A DNA stretch of 64,000 nt from an uncultured Pseudomonadota bacterium (GCA_963739695.1 CAVUBB010000001.1:34967-98966), one strand, 5' to 3'; shown: positions 1-7,784, numbered from the stretch's first letter. Made by a program: numbers and translations. The notes: a model not told the origin generated them from the sequence alone.

Positions 1-274
1 TACCGCGTGGGATGCCGGGGAGCTGGTGGGAGTGGCGCGCTCCGTGACCGATTTCCACTATGCCTGCTATCTGTCGGATCTGGCGGTTAGCCAGTCGCAC
101 CAACGGCAAGGTATCGGGAAGCAACTGCAGGTGCTGACTCAGCAACAACTGGGCCCGCGCTGCAAGCTGATCCTTCTGGCGGCGCCGGCGGCGAACGAAT
201 ACTACGAACGTATAGGGTTCACCAACAATCCCCGTTGCTGGGTGCTTGAGCGAGCCAGGAGCATCGAAAGTTGA
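1..274 (+). CDS. GNAT family N-acetyltransferase, C-terminal part (5' end lies outside the window)
   Basis: The reading frame is open to the window edge. It carries an acetyl-CoA-binding type motif (QRQGIGKQL) and a C-terminal YYERIGF, both typical of the GNAT fold. Confidence 0.7.
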   Translation, partial: TAWDAGELVGVARSVTDFHYACYLSDLAVSQSHQRQGIGKQLQVLTQQQLGPRCKLILLAAPAANEYYERIGFTNNPRCWVLERARSIES

Positions 275-371
275 CGGATTCGCGCGCTCGTATCTGAGCA
301 CGGTTTGCGACCGGTAATTCAGGTACGCATGCAAAGCTGAGGTGCGCGATCCGGCGTTGCGGAGAAAAGCC

Positions 372-773
372 ATGTCTCCAGGTCTTTTCATCAAGGCGGT
401 CGCTGTGTGGCTGGGTATCCTGGTTCTTGCCATCGGCAATGGCATGCTCAGGGAAGCTGTGCTCATACCCAGGCTAGGGCAGGCTCCAGGCCTTATCGTG
501 AGCGGCCTGGTGCTTGCGGCCTTGATCGGCCTGGCCGCCTTTGTCTGCGTGCCGTGGTTCGGCACCCGCAAAGGCTCGGTACTCCTTGCCATCGGAGTGG
601 GCTGGCTTGCCCTCACGCTGGCATTTGAATTCAGCTTTGGCCTGCTGCGCGGTATGCCGCTTGCCCGAATACTCGAGGCCTACACCTTCAAGGGCGGCAA
701 CCTCTGGCCGTTCGTGCTGCTGGTCACCGCGATCGCGCCCTGGCTGGCGGGCAAGCTGCGCGGTTGGTTGTGA
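372..773 (+). CDS. Hypothetical integral membrane protein (about 4 hydrophobic helices)
   Basis: This lies in ORF 342..773. The in-frame ATG at 372 is preceded by GGAG (361-364). The product is strongly hydrophobic and I recognise no family. Confidence 0.55.
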   Translation: MSPGLFIKAVAVWLGILVLAIGNGMLREAVLIPRLGQAPGLIVSGLVLAALIGLAAFVCVPWFGTRKGSVLLAIGVGWLALTLAFEFSFGLLRGMPLARILEAYTFKGGNLWPFVLLVTAIAPWLAGKLRGWL

Positions 774-1195
774 CTACGAAGCCGTTTGCGGCACCGTGAG
801 CGCAGCCCTCTTCGTCGTCTCCCGTGCTTGCGTGTCGGAGAGACAGATGCAGTCACGTTTCCCATCCGTTGAGGAGTCTTCGGCCCAGAAACCCGCCTAC
901 GGTGGATCTTTCGGAATGGCAGTAAGTCGCGCTGCCGGCCGGAACCGTCCAGCGTACGCGCGCCATCGGGCGCACGGTGAATATCACGTTCGACAAACAA
1001 GCCGCCGAAACGATTTTCGTCCGAGACGATCGATGATCCATCGATAGCGGGGCCGATCCGGGCTGCGTGCCGGTGGCTACTTTTTACGCATTTAAGCGCG
1101 TTCAAATATTCACCCCGGGTTGGCATCTCGCTCCCGCTTCTTCTAGACTCCTATAGCCCAATTTGGGGAGGCGTTCCGAGAACGTCTTGTGAGGG

Positions 1196-1288
1196 GGGCT
1201 TAGAAAAAAGGCCAAGCCGTCGTGAGGCGGTGTCGCAAAGCCAAGGATCTCGCCGGGGAGGATGAGACAGCCAGGCTGCCAAAAGTCC
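1196..1288 (+). promoter_or_regulatory. Candidate c-di-GMP-I (GEMM-I) riboswitch aptamer in the leader of the S8 protease gene
   Basis: Segment 1210-1242 (GGCCAAGCCGUCGUGAGGCGGUGUCGCAAAGCC) has the same length as, and is colinear with, the V. cholerae Vc2 core as I remember it (GGCAAACCAUUCGAAAGAGUGGGACGCAAAGCC). The hairpin 1216-1221/1226-1231 is kept by compensatory changes and is capped by the GNRA loop GUGA. The 3' strand AGCCAGGCUGCCAA (1269-1282) is also present. Two further pairings fit: AGCC(1239-1242)/GGCU(1274-1277) and the outer stem GGGCUU(1196-1201)/AAGUCC(1283-1288). Confidence 0.5.
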
Positions 1289-1362
1289 GTGATGCTGGAT
1301 CGCCGCGCACACCTGTGCGCAATGGGGCGGTCCGTTCTGCCATCAATGGAGAGGACTGATCA

Positions 1363-2718
1363 ATGAGTAAACGATGGATAACCGGCGCGCTCGGCGCGCT
1401 GGCAATCGCCGCGTGCGGCATCTCTGCCGCCAATGCCGGTACCTATGTGGTGCTGGCCAACAAGAACGCCCTGCCGAACGGGCTCTCGAAGAAGATCGAA
1501 GCCGCCGGTGGCCGGGTTGTCGCCAACCTGCCCGAGATCGGTGTGGCGATCGTGGACGCGGACGCTGAAAACTTCGCGGCCGATGTGGGCAAGGTGCCCG
1601 GCATCCGTTCGGTAACCGAAGATTTCAAGATGCAGTGGATCCACCAGCTGCGCGACGCGCATGCGGTCTCGATCAAGGAAGCCACCGCCAACCCGCCGTT
1701 CAGCGGCAACGACGATTTCTTCTACGATCTGCAGTGGGGCCTGGATGCGGTGAATGCGCCCGAAGCCTGGGATATGGGCGATCGCGGTGCCGGTGTGCGC
1801 GTGGCCGTGCTCGATACCGGTTTCGACCTGTATCACCCGGACTTGCAGCAGAACATCGACTACGCGGACAGCCGCAGCTTCGTGCCCGGCGAGGGCCTGC
1901 AGTACGCGCTGCCGGATCCGTTCAGCCACGGCACGCACGTCTCCGGCATCATCGCCGCGGCCGATAACGGCTTCGGCACCATCGGTGTCGCGCCCGAAGC
2001 CCAGCTGCTGCTGGTCAAGGTGCTCTCCGATGCCGGGTCGGGGAGCTTCAGCTCCATGATCCAGGGCATCGTCTATGCCGCGCAGAAGCATGCCGATGTG
2101 ATCAACATGAGCCTAGGCGCTTCCGTGCCGCATAACGTGCACGGCGCCGCCGAGCTGATGGTGGCCATGGGCCGTGCCACGAACTATGCCTACCAGCATG
2201 GCGTGACCATCATCGCCGCCGCCGGCAACGACGGGGCGGACATGGATCACGATGCTTCCACCAAGTTCCTGCCGGCCGAGCTGCCGCACGTGCTCGCCAT
2301 CTCCGCCACCGGTCCGGTGGGCTGGGGCGCGAACCCGAACACGAACCTGGATGTGACGCCGAGTTACACCAACTACGGCCAGAGCGCGATCGCGTTCGCA
2401 GCACCCGGCGGTAACTTCGACAGCGCCTATCAGGGTTACACCGGGCCGTGCACGGTGGACGGCCTCACCGAGCCCTGCTACGTGTTCGATTTCGTGTTCA
2501 GCGACGGCAACCAGGGCTGGTTCTGGGCCGTGGGCACGAGCATGGCGAGCCCGCACGCCGCGGGCGTGGCGGCGCTGATCATCAGCCGTAACGGCGGCCA
2601 TATGGACCCGGCGCAGGTCGAAGCGGCCATGGCGCATGGTGCGGATGATCTGGGCAAGCCCGGGAATGATGATTTCTATGGTGCCGGGCGTGTAAATGCC
2701 TTGAACTCGATTCAGTAG
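1363..2718 (+). CDS. Secreted subtilisin-like serine protease (peptidase S8)
   Basis: It has an N-terminal signal peptide (ALAIAACGISAANA) and the catalytic triad motifs VLDTGFD, HGTHVSGIIAA and GTSMASPHAAGVAALI. The RBS GGAGAGG lies at 1348-1354. Confidence 0.9.
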   Translation: MSKRWITGALGALAIAACGISAANAGTYVVLANKNALPNGLSKKIEAAGGRVVANLPEIGVAIVDADAENFAADVGKVPGIRSVTEDFKMQWIHQLRDAHAVSIKEATANPPFSGNDDFFYDLQWGLDAVNAPEAWDMGDRGAGVRVAVLDTGFDLYHPDLQQNIDYADSRSFVPGEGLQYALPDPFSHGTHVSGIIAAADNGFGTIGVAPEAQLLLVKVLSDAGSGSFSSMIQGIVYAAQKHADVINMSLGASVPHNVHGAAELMVAMGRATNYAYQHGVTIIAAAGNDGADMDHDASTKFLPAELPHVLAISATGPVGWGANPNTNLDVTPSYTNYGQSAIAFAAPGGNFDSAYQGYTGPCTVDGLTEPCYVFDFVFSDGNQGWFWAVGTSMASPHAAGVAALIISRNGGHMDPAQVEAAMAHGADDLGKPGNDDFYGAGRVNALNSIQ

Positions 2719-2744
2719 ATCGAGAATCGACATGGATGGTTGAG

Positions 2745-2779
2745 AAAAGGCCGGAGCAGCGATGCCCCGGCCTTTTTGT
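2745..2779 (+). terminator. Rho-independent terminator of the S8 protease gene
   Basis: The stem GGCCGG (2749-2754) pairs with CCGGCC (2767-2772), flanked by an A-run and followed by TTTTT (2773-2777). Confidence 0.75.
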
Positions 2780-2893
2780 TTCGCTCTCCACCTTCCGAAG
2801 GAGGGAGGATTGGGGAGGATGCTCTTGGAGAGGGTATGTCGAGTCGCCTGCGCCGACGGGCTTTTCCAACGGGCTTCCGCGCCCCTGCGGCAG

Positions 2894-2920
2894 GTCCTTT
2901 TCTTTCAAAAAGAAAAGGAC
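2894..2920. repeat. Perfect 12-bp inverted repeat with a 3-nt spacer (GTCCTTTTCTTT-CAA-AAAGAAAAGGAC)
   Basis: Read directly from the sequence. It is an AT-rich palindrome embedded in a GC-rich non-coding stretch (2780-3230) and has no flanking U-tract. Confidence 0.9.
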
Positions 2921-3358
2921 GAAAGAAACTGCCCCGGAGATGGCGCGGTTGCTTCCGGCTTCGCCTCCAGCGCGTCCCCAGCCATGCTCGCGTCCTCGGG
3001 GCCCCGTCGGCGGCACATCCATGTGCCGTCGCCGGGGGCTCGCCATCCATGGCTTCGCCCCTCGCTTCGCTCAGGCTCTTCCCTGCGGGCGCTGCGCTGT
3101 CCGGTGCCACCAGACGGGGCGGGGAAGAGCGCTCTCCGCCAAGCTCCAGATTCATCGGCGTATATTGGATGCGGAAAGCGAGAACGCTGCGATATTACAT
3201 GGAGATTTGGCTCTTCGTCCGCTAACCTAATGAATATTGGGGTAATTCAAGGAAGATGAAGATGTGGATAAGTCGGAGATATACAGAAGTCTGCTTTATT
3301 CAATATCGCAGCGTGCGGTCTAATCACTGTTGGGCGTCAAGGTAGGCTCGGTACTAGA

Positions 3359-3778
3359 TTGAAGCGTCGTCATGACCCATTGACCCCCGCCGAACGAAGT
3401 GAGCGTATGTCGCGAATTCGTGCGACAGACTCTCAGCCGGAGCTGGTTGTTCGGCGGCTTGTCCATGGATTGGGATACAGATATCGCTTACACTCCAAAG
3501 ACTTGCCGGGGAAACCCGATCTGGCATTCCGTTCAAGGAAGAAGGTGATCTTTGTTCACGGCTGCTTCTGGCACCAGCATGGATGCCGGCAGTATAGAAT
3601 GCCCCGCAGTCGAGAGGACTTCTGGGTACCGAAGCTGCAGAAGAACGTGCAACGTGACGCAGCGGCACAAGAGGCGCTGCGTCAAATGGGATGGCGCTTC
3701 CTCGTGATTTGGGAGTGTGAGTTACGAGACTTACCGGAAATCGAGCAACGAGTAATCGAATTCTTGGGCAACAGATGA
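3359..3778 (+). CDS. vsr: Very-short-patch repair endonuclease (Vsr)
   Basis: It is colinear with E. coli Vsr: RSERMSRIRATDSQPEL, LPGKPDLAF, VIFVHGCFWHQH, FWVPKLQKNVQRD and FLVIWECEL. The start is TTG at 3359, and the stop overlaps the methyltransferase start (ATGA at 3775-3778). Confidence 0.9.
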   Translation: MKRRHDPLTPAERSERMSRIRATDSQPELVVRRLVHGLGYRYRLHSKDLPGKPDLAFRSRKKVIFVHGCFWHQHGCRQYRMPRSREDFWVPKLQKNVQRDAAAQEALRQMGWRFLVIWECELRDLPEIEQRVIEFLGNR

Positions 3779-4950
3779 AAAAACAAAAGACATCGGTCGA
3801 GCTTTTTACGGGTGCGGGTGGATTGGCTATCGGGCTAGAGAACTCGGGGTGGAAACATCGAGCGCTGGTAGAACGAAACAGGGATGCGTGCGCGACGATT
3901 GAGCTAAACCGGCTCAATGGGCAAAAACAAGCCAAAAACTGGAAGCTAATTCCAGGCGATGTGCGCGAAATTTCCTATTCCGATGTCGCGGAGCATGTGG
4001 ATATGGTTGCGGGAGGCCCTCCTTGCCAACCGTTTTCTTTGGGCGGGAAGCATCGAGCGTACAACGATGCTCGCGATATGTTTCCGGAAGCCGTACGAGC
4101 GGTCCGAGAGCTTCAGCCAACCTGCTTTCTCTTTGAGAACGTAAAAGGCCTGCTTCGACAAAGTTTCTCCACATACTTCAACTACATTCTTTTGCAGCTT
4201 GCACACCCAACGGTGGTCCGGAGACCCGGAGACAGCTGGCAGAATCACCTCGAAGCCTTGGAGAAGATCCACACGGGAGGAAAAGAGTCGGAATTGACCT
4301 ATCGTGTCGTGTTTCGGCTACTAAATGCAGCTGATTATGGCGTCCCGCAACATCGACACAGGGTGTTTATTGTTGGCTTTCGGAGCGACCTTGGAAAGGA
4401 GTGGAGCTTTCCACGTGCTAGCCACTCGTTTGACCGGCTTTTGTGGGAGCAATGGGTATCTGGCTCCTACTGGGATGAACACAAGATTGCGAAGCGCGCT
4501 CGGCCCAAAATCAATCCACGCTATATCAAGCGCATTTCTGAACTAGAGACGGATTTTTTCCTTCACCCCCCTCCTGGCGAACGCTTTCTAACCGTCCGCG
4601 ATGCTCTGAAAGGTCTTCCTAATCCAGTGACGAAGCCTGACGAAGAATGGAATCATGTGTTCAGGCCCGGAGCCCGCCCTTATCCGGGCCACACTGGCAG
4701 CCTGTTGGATGAACCATCGAAGGCGTTGAAGGCTGGAGATCACGGAGTGCCGGGTGGCGAAAACATGATGGCATTGCCTGACGGAAGCTATCGCTATTAC
4801 ACCGTACGAGAAAGCGCCAGAATTCAAACTTTCCCGGATGATTATTTGTTCTCTGGGTCCTGGTCCGAGGCAATGCGGCAATTGGGTAACGCTGTGCCTG
4901 TTCAGTTGTCACAGGTAGTAGGCCACAGCATCCGCGCACAGTTGGTGTGA
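3775..4950 (+). CDS. DNA (cytosine-5)-methyltransferase
   Basis: It carries the C5-MTase motifs I (FTGAGGLAIG), IV (GGPPCQPFS), VI (ENVKGL), VIII (QHRHRVFIVG), IX (TVRESARIQTFPDDY) and X (GNAVPVQL). Confidence 0.95.
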   Translation: MKKQKTSVELFTGAGGLAIGLENSGWKHRALVERNRDACATIELNRLNGQKQAKNWKLIPGDVREISYSDVAEHVDMVAGGPPCQPFSLGGKHRAYNDARDMFPEAVRAVRELQPTCFLFENVKGLLRQSFSTYFNYILLQLAHPTVVRRPGDSWQNHLEALEKIHTGGKESELTYRVVFRLLNAADYGVPQHRHRVFIVGFRSDLGKEWSFPRASHSFDRLLWEQWVSGSYWDEHKIAKRARPKINPRYIKRISELETDFFLHPPPGERFLTVRDALKGLPNPVTKPDEEWNHVFRPGARPYPGHTGSLLDEPSKALKAGDHGVPGGENMMALPDGSYRYYTVRESARIQTFPDDYLFSGSWSEAMRQLGNAVPVQLSQVVGHSIRAQLV

Positions 4951-4951
4951 A

Positions 4952-5614
4952 ATGAGCAAAGACACACCATCCCGGATTCAGCCATTTAATCCACTGGACA
5001 AGAAGAACCTTGGCGACAGCGTTGCAGAGGCCATGCTTCATCAGCCGGTCGGAAATCTTCCGCCCGATCCATTTATAGGTGCTGGCATATATGCCATCTA
5101 TTACATCGGCGATTTCGACCTGTACAGCCAAGTTTCTGAACTAAACGTTGACGACAGCTACTCTTGGCCGATCTATGTAGGAAAGGCAGTCCCGGCCGGG
5201 GCAAGGAAAGGCGGATTCGGCCTTGGCGCCGACCCTAAGCAAGTGTTGTATCGGCGTTTAGTAGAGCATGCTGCTTCGATCGAGCAAGCCGAAAATCTGG
5301 ATATCGCTCATTTCAAGTGCCGCTTCTTGGTTGTCGACGATATTTGGATACCGCTGGCTGAGTCGCTCCTAATAGAAACCTATCATCCGCTGTGGAACCG
5401 CAAGATTGATGGTTTCGGGAATCATGACCCCGGCAAAGGCCGCCACAACCAACAGCGATCTCCTTGGGACACGCTGCACCCTGGCCGCCCTTGGGCAGAG
5501 CGGCTTCGTCCCTCCGCGAATAGCCTGAACAAAATCGAGGAGGAAGCCGGTGTATATCTCACAACGACACGCCGGAGAATTGACGCCCAACAAGGCGCTG
5601 CAGGGGACGTTTGA
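4952..5614 (+). CDS. GIY-YIG type II restriction endonuclease, Eco29kI-like
   Basis: It starts 1 nt after the methyltransferase stop. The GIY-YIG signature is GIYAIYYIG ... WPIYVGKAVPAGARKGG. The size (220 aa) and layout match my recollection of the Eco29kI family. Confidence 0.75.
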   Translation: MSKDTPSRIQPFNPLDKKNLGDSVAEAMLHQPVGNLPPDPFIGAGIYAIYYIGDFDLYSQVSELNVDDSYSWPIYVGKAVPAGARKGGFGLGADPKQVLYRRLVEHAASIEQAENLDIAHFKCRFLVVDDIWIPLAESLLIETYHPLWNRKIDGFGNHDPGKGRHNQQRSPWDTLHPGRPWAERLRPSANSLNKIEEEAGVYLTTTRRRIDAQQGAAGDV

Positions 5615-5657
5615 CCCGCCGCCCAATTTTGCTACCGCAAAAGCGGGCGTCGCCTCA

Positions 5658-5768
5658 AACGCCCCTGAGCTTAGGCGTTAAACCGCAGGTCAAAGTCAAC
5701 TGTGAATCGCGCGGAGACAGGACCGTAGGTTGGGCTGACAGCGGAAGCCCAACTGATAGCTAGGAGCA
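5658..5768 (+). repeat. Hairpin repeat module, upstream copy (motifs X1, Y1, Z1)
   Basis: X1 is AACGCC-N10-GGCGTT (5658-5679). Y1 is GTTGGGCT-GACAGCGGA-AGCCCAAC (5729-5753). Z1 is GATAGCTAGGAGCA (5755-5768). Each motif recurs downstream of the zinc-ribbon ORF. Confidence 0.7.
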
Positions 5769-5779
5769 TTGGGGGACGC

Positions 5780-6235
5780 ATGGAAGGCGAAGATTCAGAG
5801 GTCCGGTGTGAGAACTGCGGTCGGCCGTTAGCCGGGCCAGATGCCGTTTGTATGCACTGCGAGCCGGAGATCGAGGAAATCGCGGCCAGATTGCGGGGGC
5901 AGAAACCACAGACTTGTCCGGTGTGCCATGAGCGCGTCCCAAAATTCGAGTCGGTCCGGTGGCCAAGGGGTGCTCGTTGGTATCAGCCGGAGAGAGTTCG
6001 GTTCCGCTGCCCTGAATGCCACAGCTTTGTTCGAATTAAGCCTTTCTCCAAGCTCGAAAATGTGCTGATGTGGCTGATTGTGCCCGTTGCATTTGGTCCG
6101 ATTCTCCTCAGAGCGAAGCTATTGCATGACATCCACTTGAATTTGCTGGGTGTGTCTATCGCCTGGACCTTGCTCATGTCGGCCATCGGAGCAGTACGTC
6201 CGATTGATGATTCCTTTGAGGCGGACAAGGGTTAG
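5780..6235 (+). CDS. Hypothetical double zinc-ribbon protein with 2 C-terminal transmembrane helices
   Basis: There are four CxxC pairs (CENC..CMHC and CPVC..CPEC), followed by two hydrophobic segments (LMWLIVPVAFGPILL and LLGVSIAWTLLMSAIGAV). The RBS-like GGGGGA lies 4 nt upstream of the ATG. Confidence 0.6.
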   Translation: MEGEDSEVRCENCGRPLAGPDAVCMHCEPEIEEIAARLRGQKPQTCPVCHERVPKFESVRWPRGARWYQPERVRFRCPECHSFVRIKPFSKLENVLMWLIVPVAFGPILLRAKLLHDIHLNLLGVSIAWTLLMSAIGAVRPIDDSFEADKG

Positions 6236-6343
6236 ATCGCTAGGCGCAAAATGGCGACAGACCACGGTTTCTCATTTGGGTTTCCACCCGGTAGCTTGGG
6301 CTGACGCAGGGAGCTCAAGACCTTCGACGCCAGATTAGGCGTT
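6235..6343 (+). repeat. Hairpin repeat module, downstream copy (motifs Z2, Y2, X2)
   Basis: Z2 is GATCGCTAGGCGCA (6235-6248). Y2 is CTTGGGCT-N9-AGCTCAAG (6295-6319), with a G-C pair of Y1 replaced by G-T. X2 is GACGCC-N6-GGCGTT (6326-6343). Confidence 0.7.
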
Positions 6344-6373
6344 CAATCCAATCGGTCCTTTATGGGGGTGCTC

Positions 6374-6829
6374 ATGTTCAGCCGTCTTCTTCCGCAGCCG
6401 GCGGACAACACGTTTCGGGGGCGCAAGCCGGGATTGTGGCTTTATGCGGTGCTTCTGGTGTTGTTTGCGATCATGAGTATCAATTCGATGTTCAACGGCC
6501 AGATGGTTGCGACCAGCGCGGATGGCATCCCGCTCGCGAGCTATACGCCGGCCGGGGCGCAGGCCATCGTGTCGTTCTATGCGATCTGGGGTGCTACGCA
6601 GCTGGTGGTCGTGCTGTTCGGCTTCATCATCCTGATCAGGTATCGTTCGCTGGTGGCGCTGGGCTGCTCGCTGCTGTTTTTGGAGCAGGTGCTTTTGCGC
6701 GTGGTGGGCTATTTCCTGCCTATCGCCAAGCCCCACGGCTTTTCCATGTCCTGGTTCGTTCTCCTGCTGCTCTTGTTGCCGCTCCTGGGGCTGGTCTTAT
6801 CTCTGTGGCACCGCCGGGCCGAGGCCTGA
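6374..6829 (+). CDS. Hypothetical integral membrane protein (about 4 TM helices)
   Basis: This lies in ORF 6362..6829. I prefer the ATG at 6374 because GGGGG (6364-6368) sits 5 nt upstream. The product is hydrophobic and I recognise no family. Confidence 0.55.
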   Translation: MFSRLLPQPADNTFRGRKPGLWLYAVLLVLFAIMSINSMFNGQMVATSADGIPLASYTPAGAQAIVSFYAIWGATQLVVVLFGFIILIRYRSLVALGCSLLFLEQVLLRVVGYFLPIAKPHGFSMSWFVLLLLLLPLLGLVLSLWHRRAEA

Positions 6830-7100
6830 TTTGCAGCCTTGAGTTCCGGTAATGGCTCGCTGAGACCGCTCTTTTCTCCCACAGCGAACTGTCAGGGGCG
6901 AAGGCTGGCGAATCATGAAAAAGATTGACGGATCATGTGGTTAGGGGTATTCGGTCGAACCCCGGTCAGCGGTGGGCCGAGCCTCATCTTGCGAAATTGT
7001 GAACCAGTCCGAGTCTACTTCCTGCCCCGAGTGTTATATGTTCAAGCATCCCACTGACCGCGATCTTTGCCATGGGATGACAACAGGCTACGCTAAGTGT

Positions 7101-7784
7101 ATGCAGCGAATACTGGTACTTAACGCGAAAGGCGGTTGTGGCAAGTCCACCATCGCCACCACTCTGGCCGGCTATTTCGCCAGCCGGGGGCTGGTGACTG
7201 TGCTGATGGACCACGATCCGCAGGGTTCGAGCATGAAGTGGCTGAGCTTGCGCAGCCACGATCTCCCGCGTATCCATGGCATTGCTGCCTTTGAGAAACG
7301 TCTCGATGTCACCCGTGCATTCCAGCTGAGATTGCCGCTGAGCGCGCAACGGGTGGTGATGGATGTGCAGGCCGGGATCGGTGGGCTGCGGCTGGCCGAG
7401 TATGTGTCTCAGGCCGATGTGATTCTGGTGCCCGTGTTGCCCTCTCCCATCGATATCCACGCCGCTGCTCATTTCATCCAGGATCTGCTGCTGGTCGGCA
7501 GACTGCGCCGGCGGGGCACCAAACTCGGTGTTATCGCGAACCGGGTGCGCGAGAACACCATCATCTTCAAGAATCTCGAAAGATTCCTGAGTACGCTGAA
7601 CCTCCCCTTGCTCGCCACGCTGCGTGACAGCCAGAACTATATCCGTGCGGCCGAGCTGGGTGTTTCTCTGCACGAGATGGAAGGCCGTCGCGTCGATCAT
7701 GACCGCGCACGCTGGAATGAGTTGCTGGCCTGGCTTGAGCGTCTGGCGGAACCCGCACAAGATGCGAGCCGTGGATTGGGCTGA
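7101..7784 (+). CDS. ParA/MinD-like P-loop ATPase (orphan, no ParB nearby)
   Basis: It has the deviant Walker A motif LNAKGGCGKSTIA, then DHDPQGS, and a Walker B-like region (ADVILVPVLPSPID). The start is set at MQRILVLN (ATG 7101) inside ORF 6972..7784. Confidence 0.8.
   Translation: MQRILVLNAKGGCGKSTIATTLAGYFASRGLVTVLMDHDPQGSSMKWLSLRSHDLPRIHGIAAFEKRLDVTRAFQLRLPLSAQRVVMDVQAGIGGLRLAEYVSQADVILVPVLPSPIDIHAAAHFIQDLLLVGRLRRRGTKLGVIANRVRENTIIFKNLERFLSTLNLPLLATLRDSQNYIRAAELGVSLHEMEGRRVDHDRARWNELLAWLERLAEPAQDASRGLG

Noticed and set aside
680-1126. 148-aa minus-strand ORF in the 590-bp gap upstream of the protease gene (begins MPTRGEYLNALK...)
   Set aside because: Its distal third overlaps the 3' end of the plus-strand membrane-protein gene and is Arg-rich nonsense. 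The first 70 codons or so have no motif I recognise. A small gene or gene remnant here cannot be excluded, but there is no positive evidence for one. The region is better explained as the long leader or promoter region of the protease gene, including the riboswitch candidate.
2712-3260. Cluster of five overlapping 147-165-aa ORFs in several frames on both strands (2736..3230, 2740..3225, 2762..3259, 2582..3046 and 2712..3155)
   Set aside because: Mutually overlapping ORFs in three forward frames cannot all be genes. None shows codon periodicity, an RBS or a recognisable domain. I treat the region as non-coding GC-rich spacer (see the finding at 2780-3358).
5640-6350. Integron attC sites / gene-cassette array around the zinc-ribbon ORF
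   Set aside because: Hairpin Y1 contains GTTGGGC and GCCCAAC, which match the integron core consensus GTTRRRY/RYYYAAC, and X1 contains GTTAAAC. However, the boxes are in the wrong 5'-3' order for an attC site. The hairpins are only 22-25 nt, against more than 55 nt for attC. The second copies (Y2, X2) break the consensus. No intI gene or attI is present.
6930-6975. tRNA-like T-arm fragment (GGGGTATTCGGTCGAACCCC) that might mark an island boundary upstream of the ParA-like gene
   Set aside because: It does not match the canonical GGTTCGAATCC T-loop on either strand, has no adjoining acceptor-stem sequence and has no repeat partner elsewhere in the window. It is most likely a chance hairpin.
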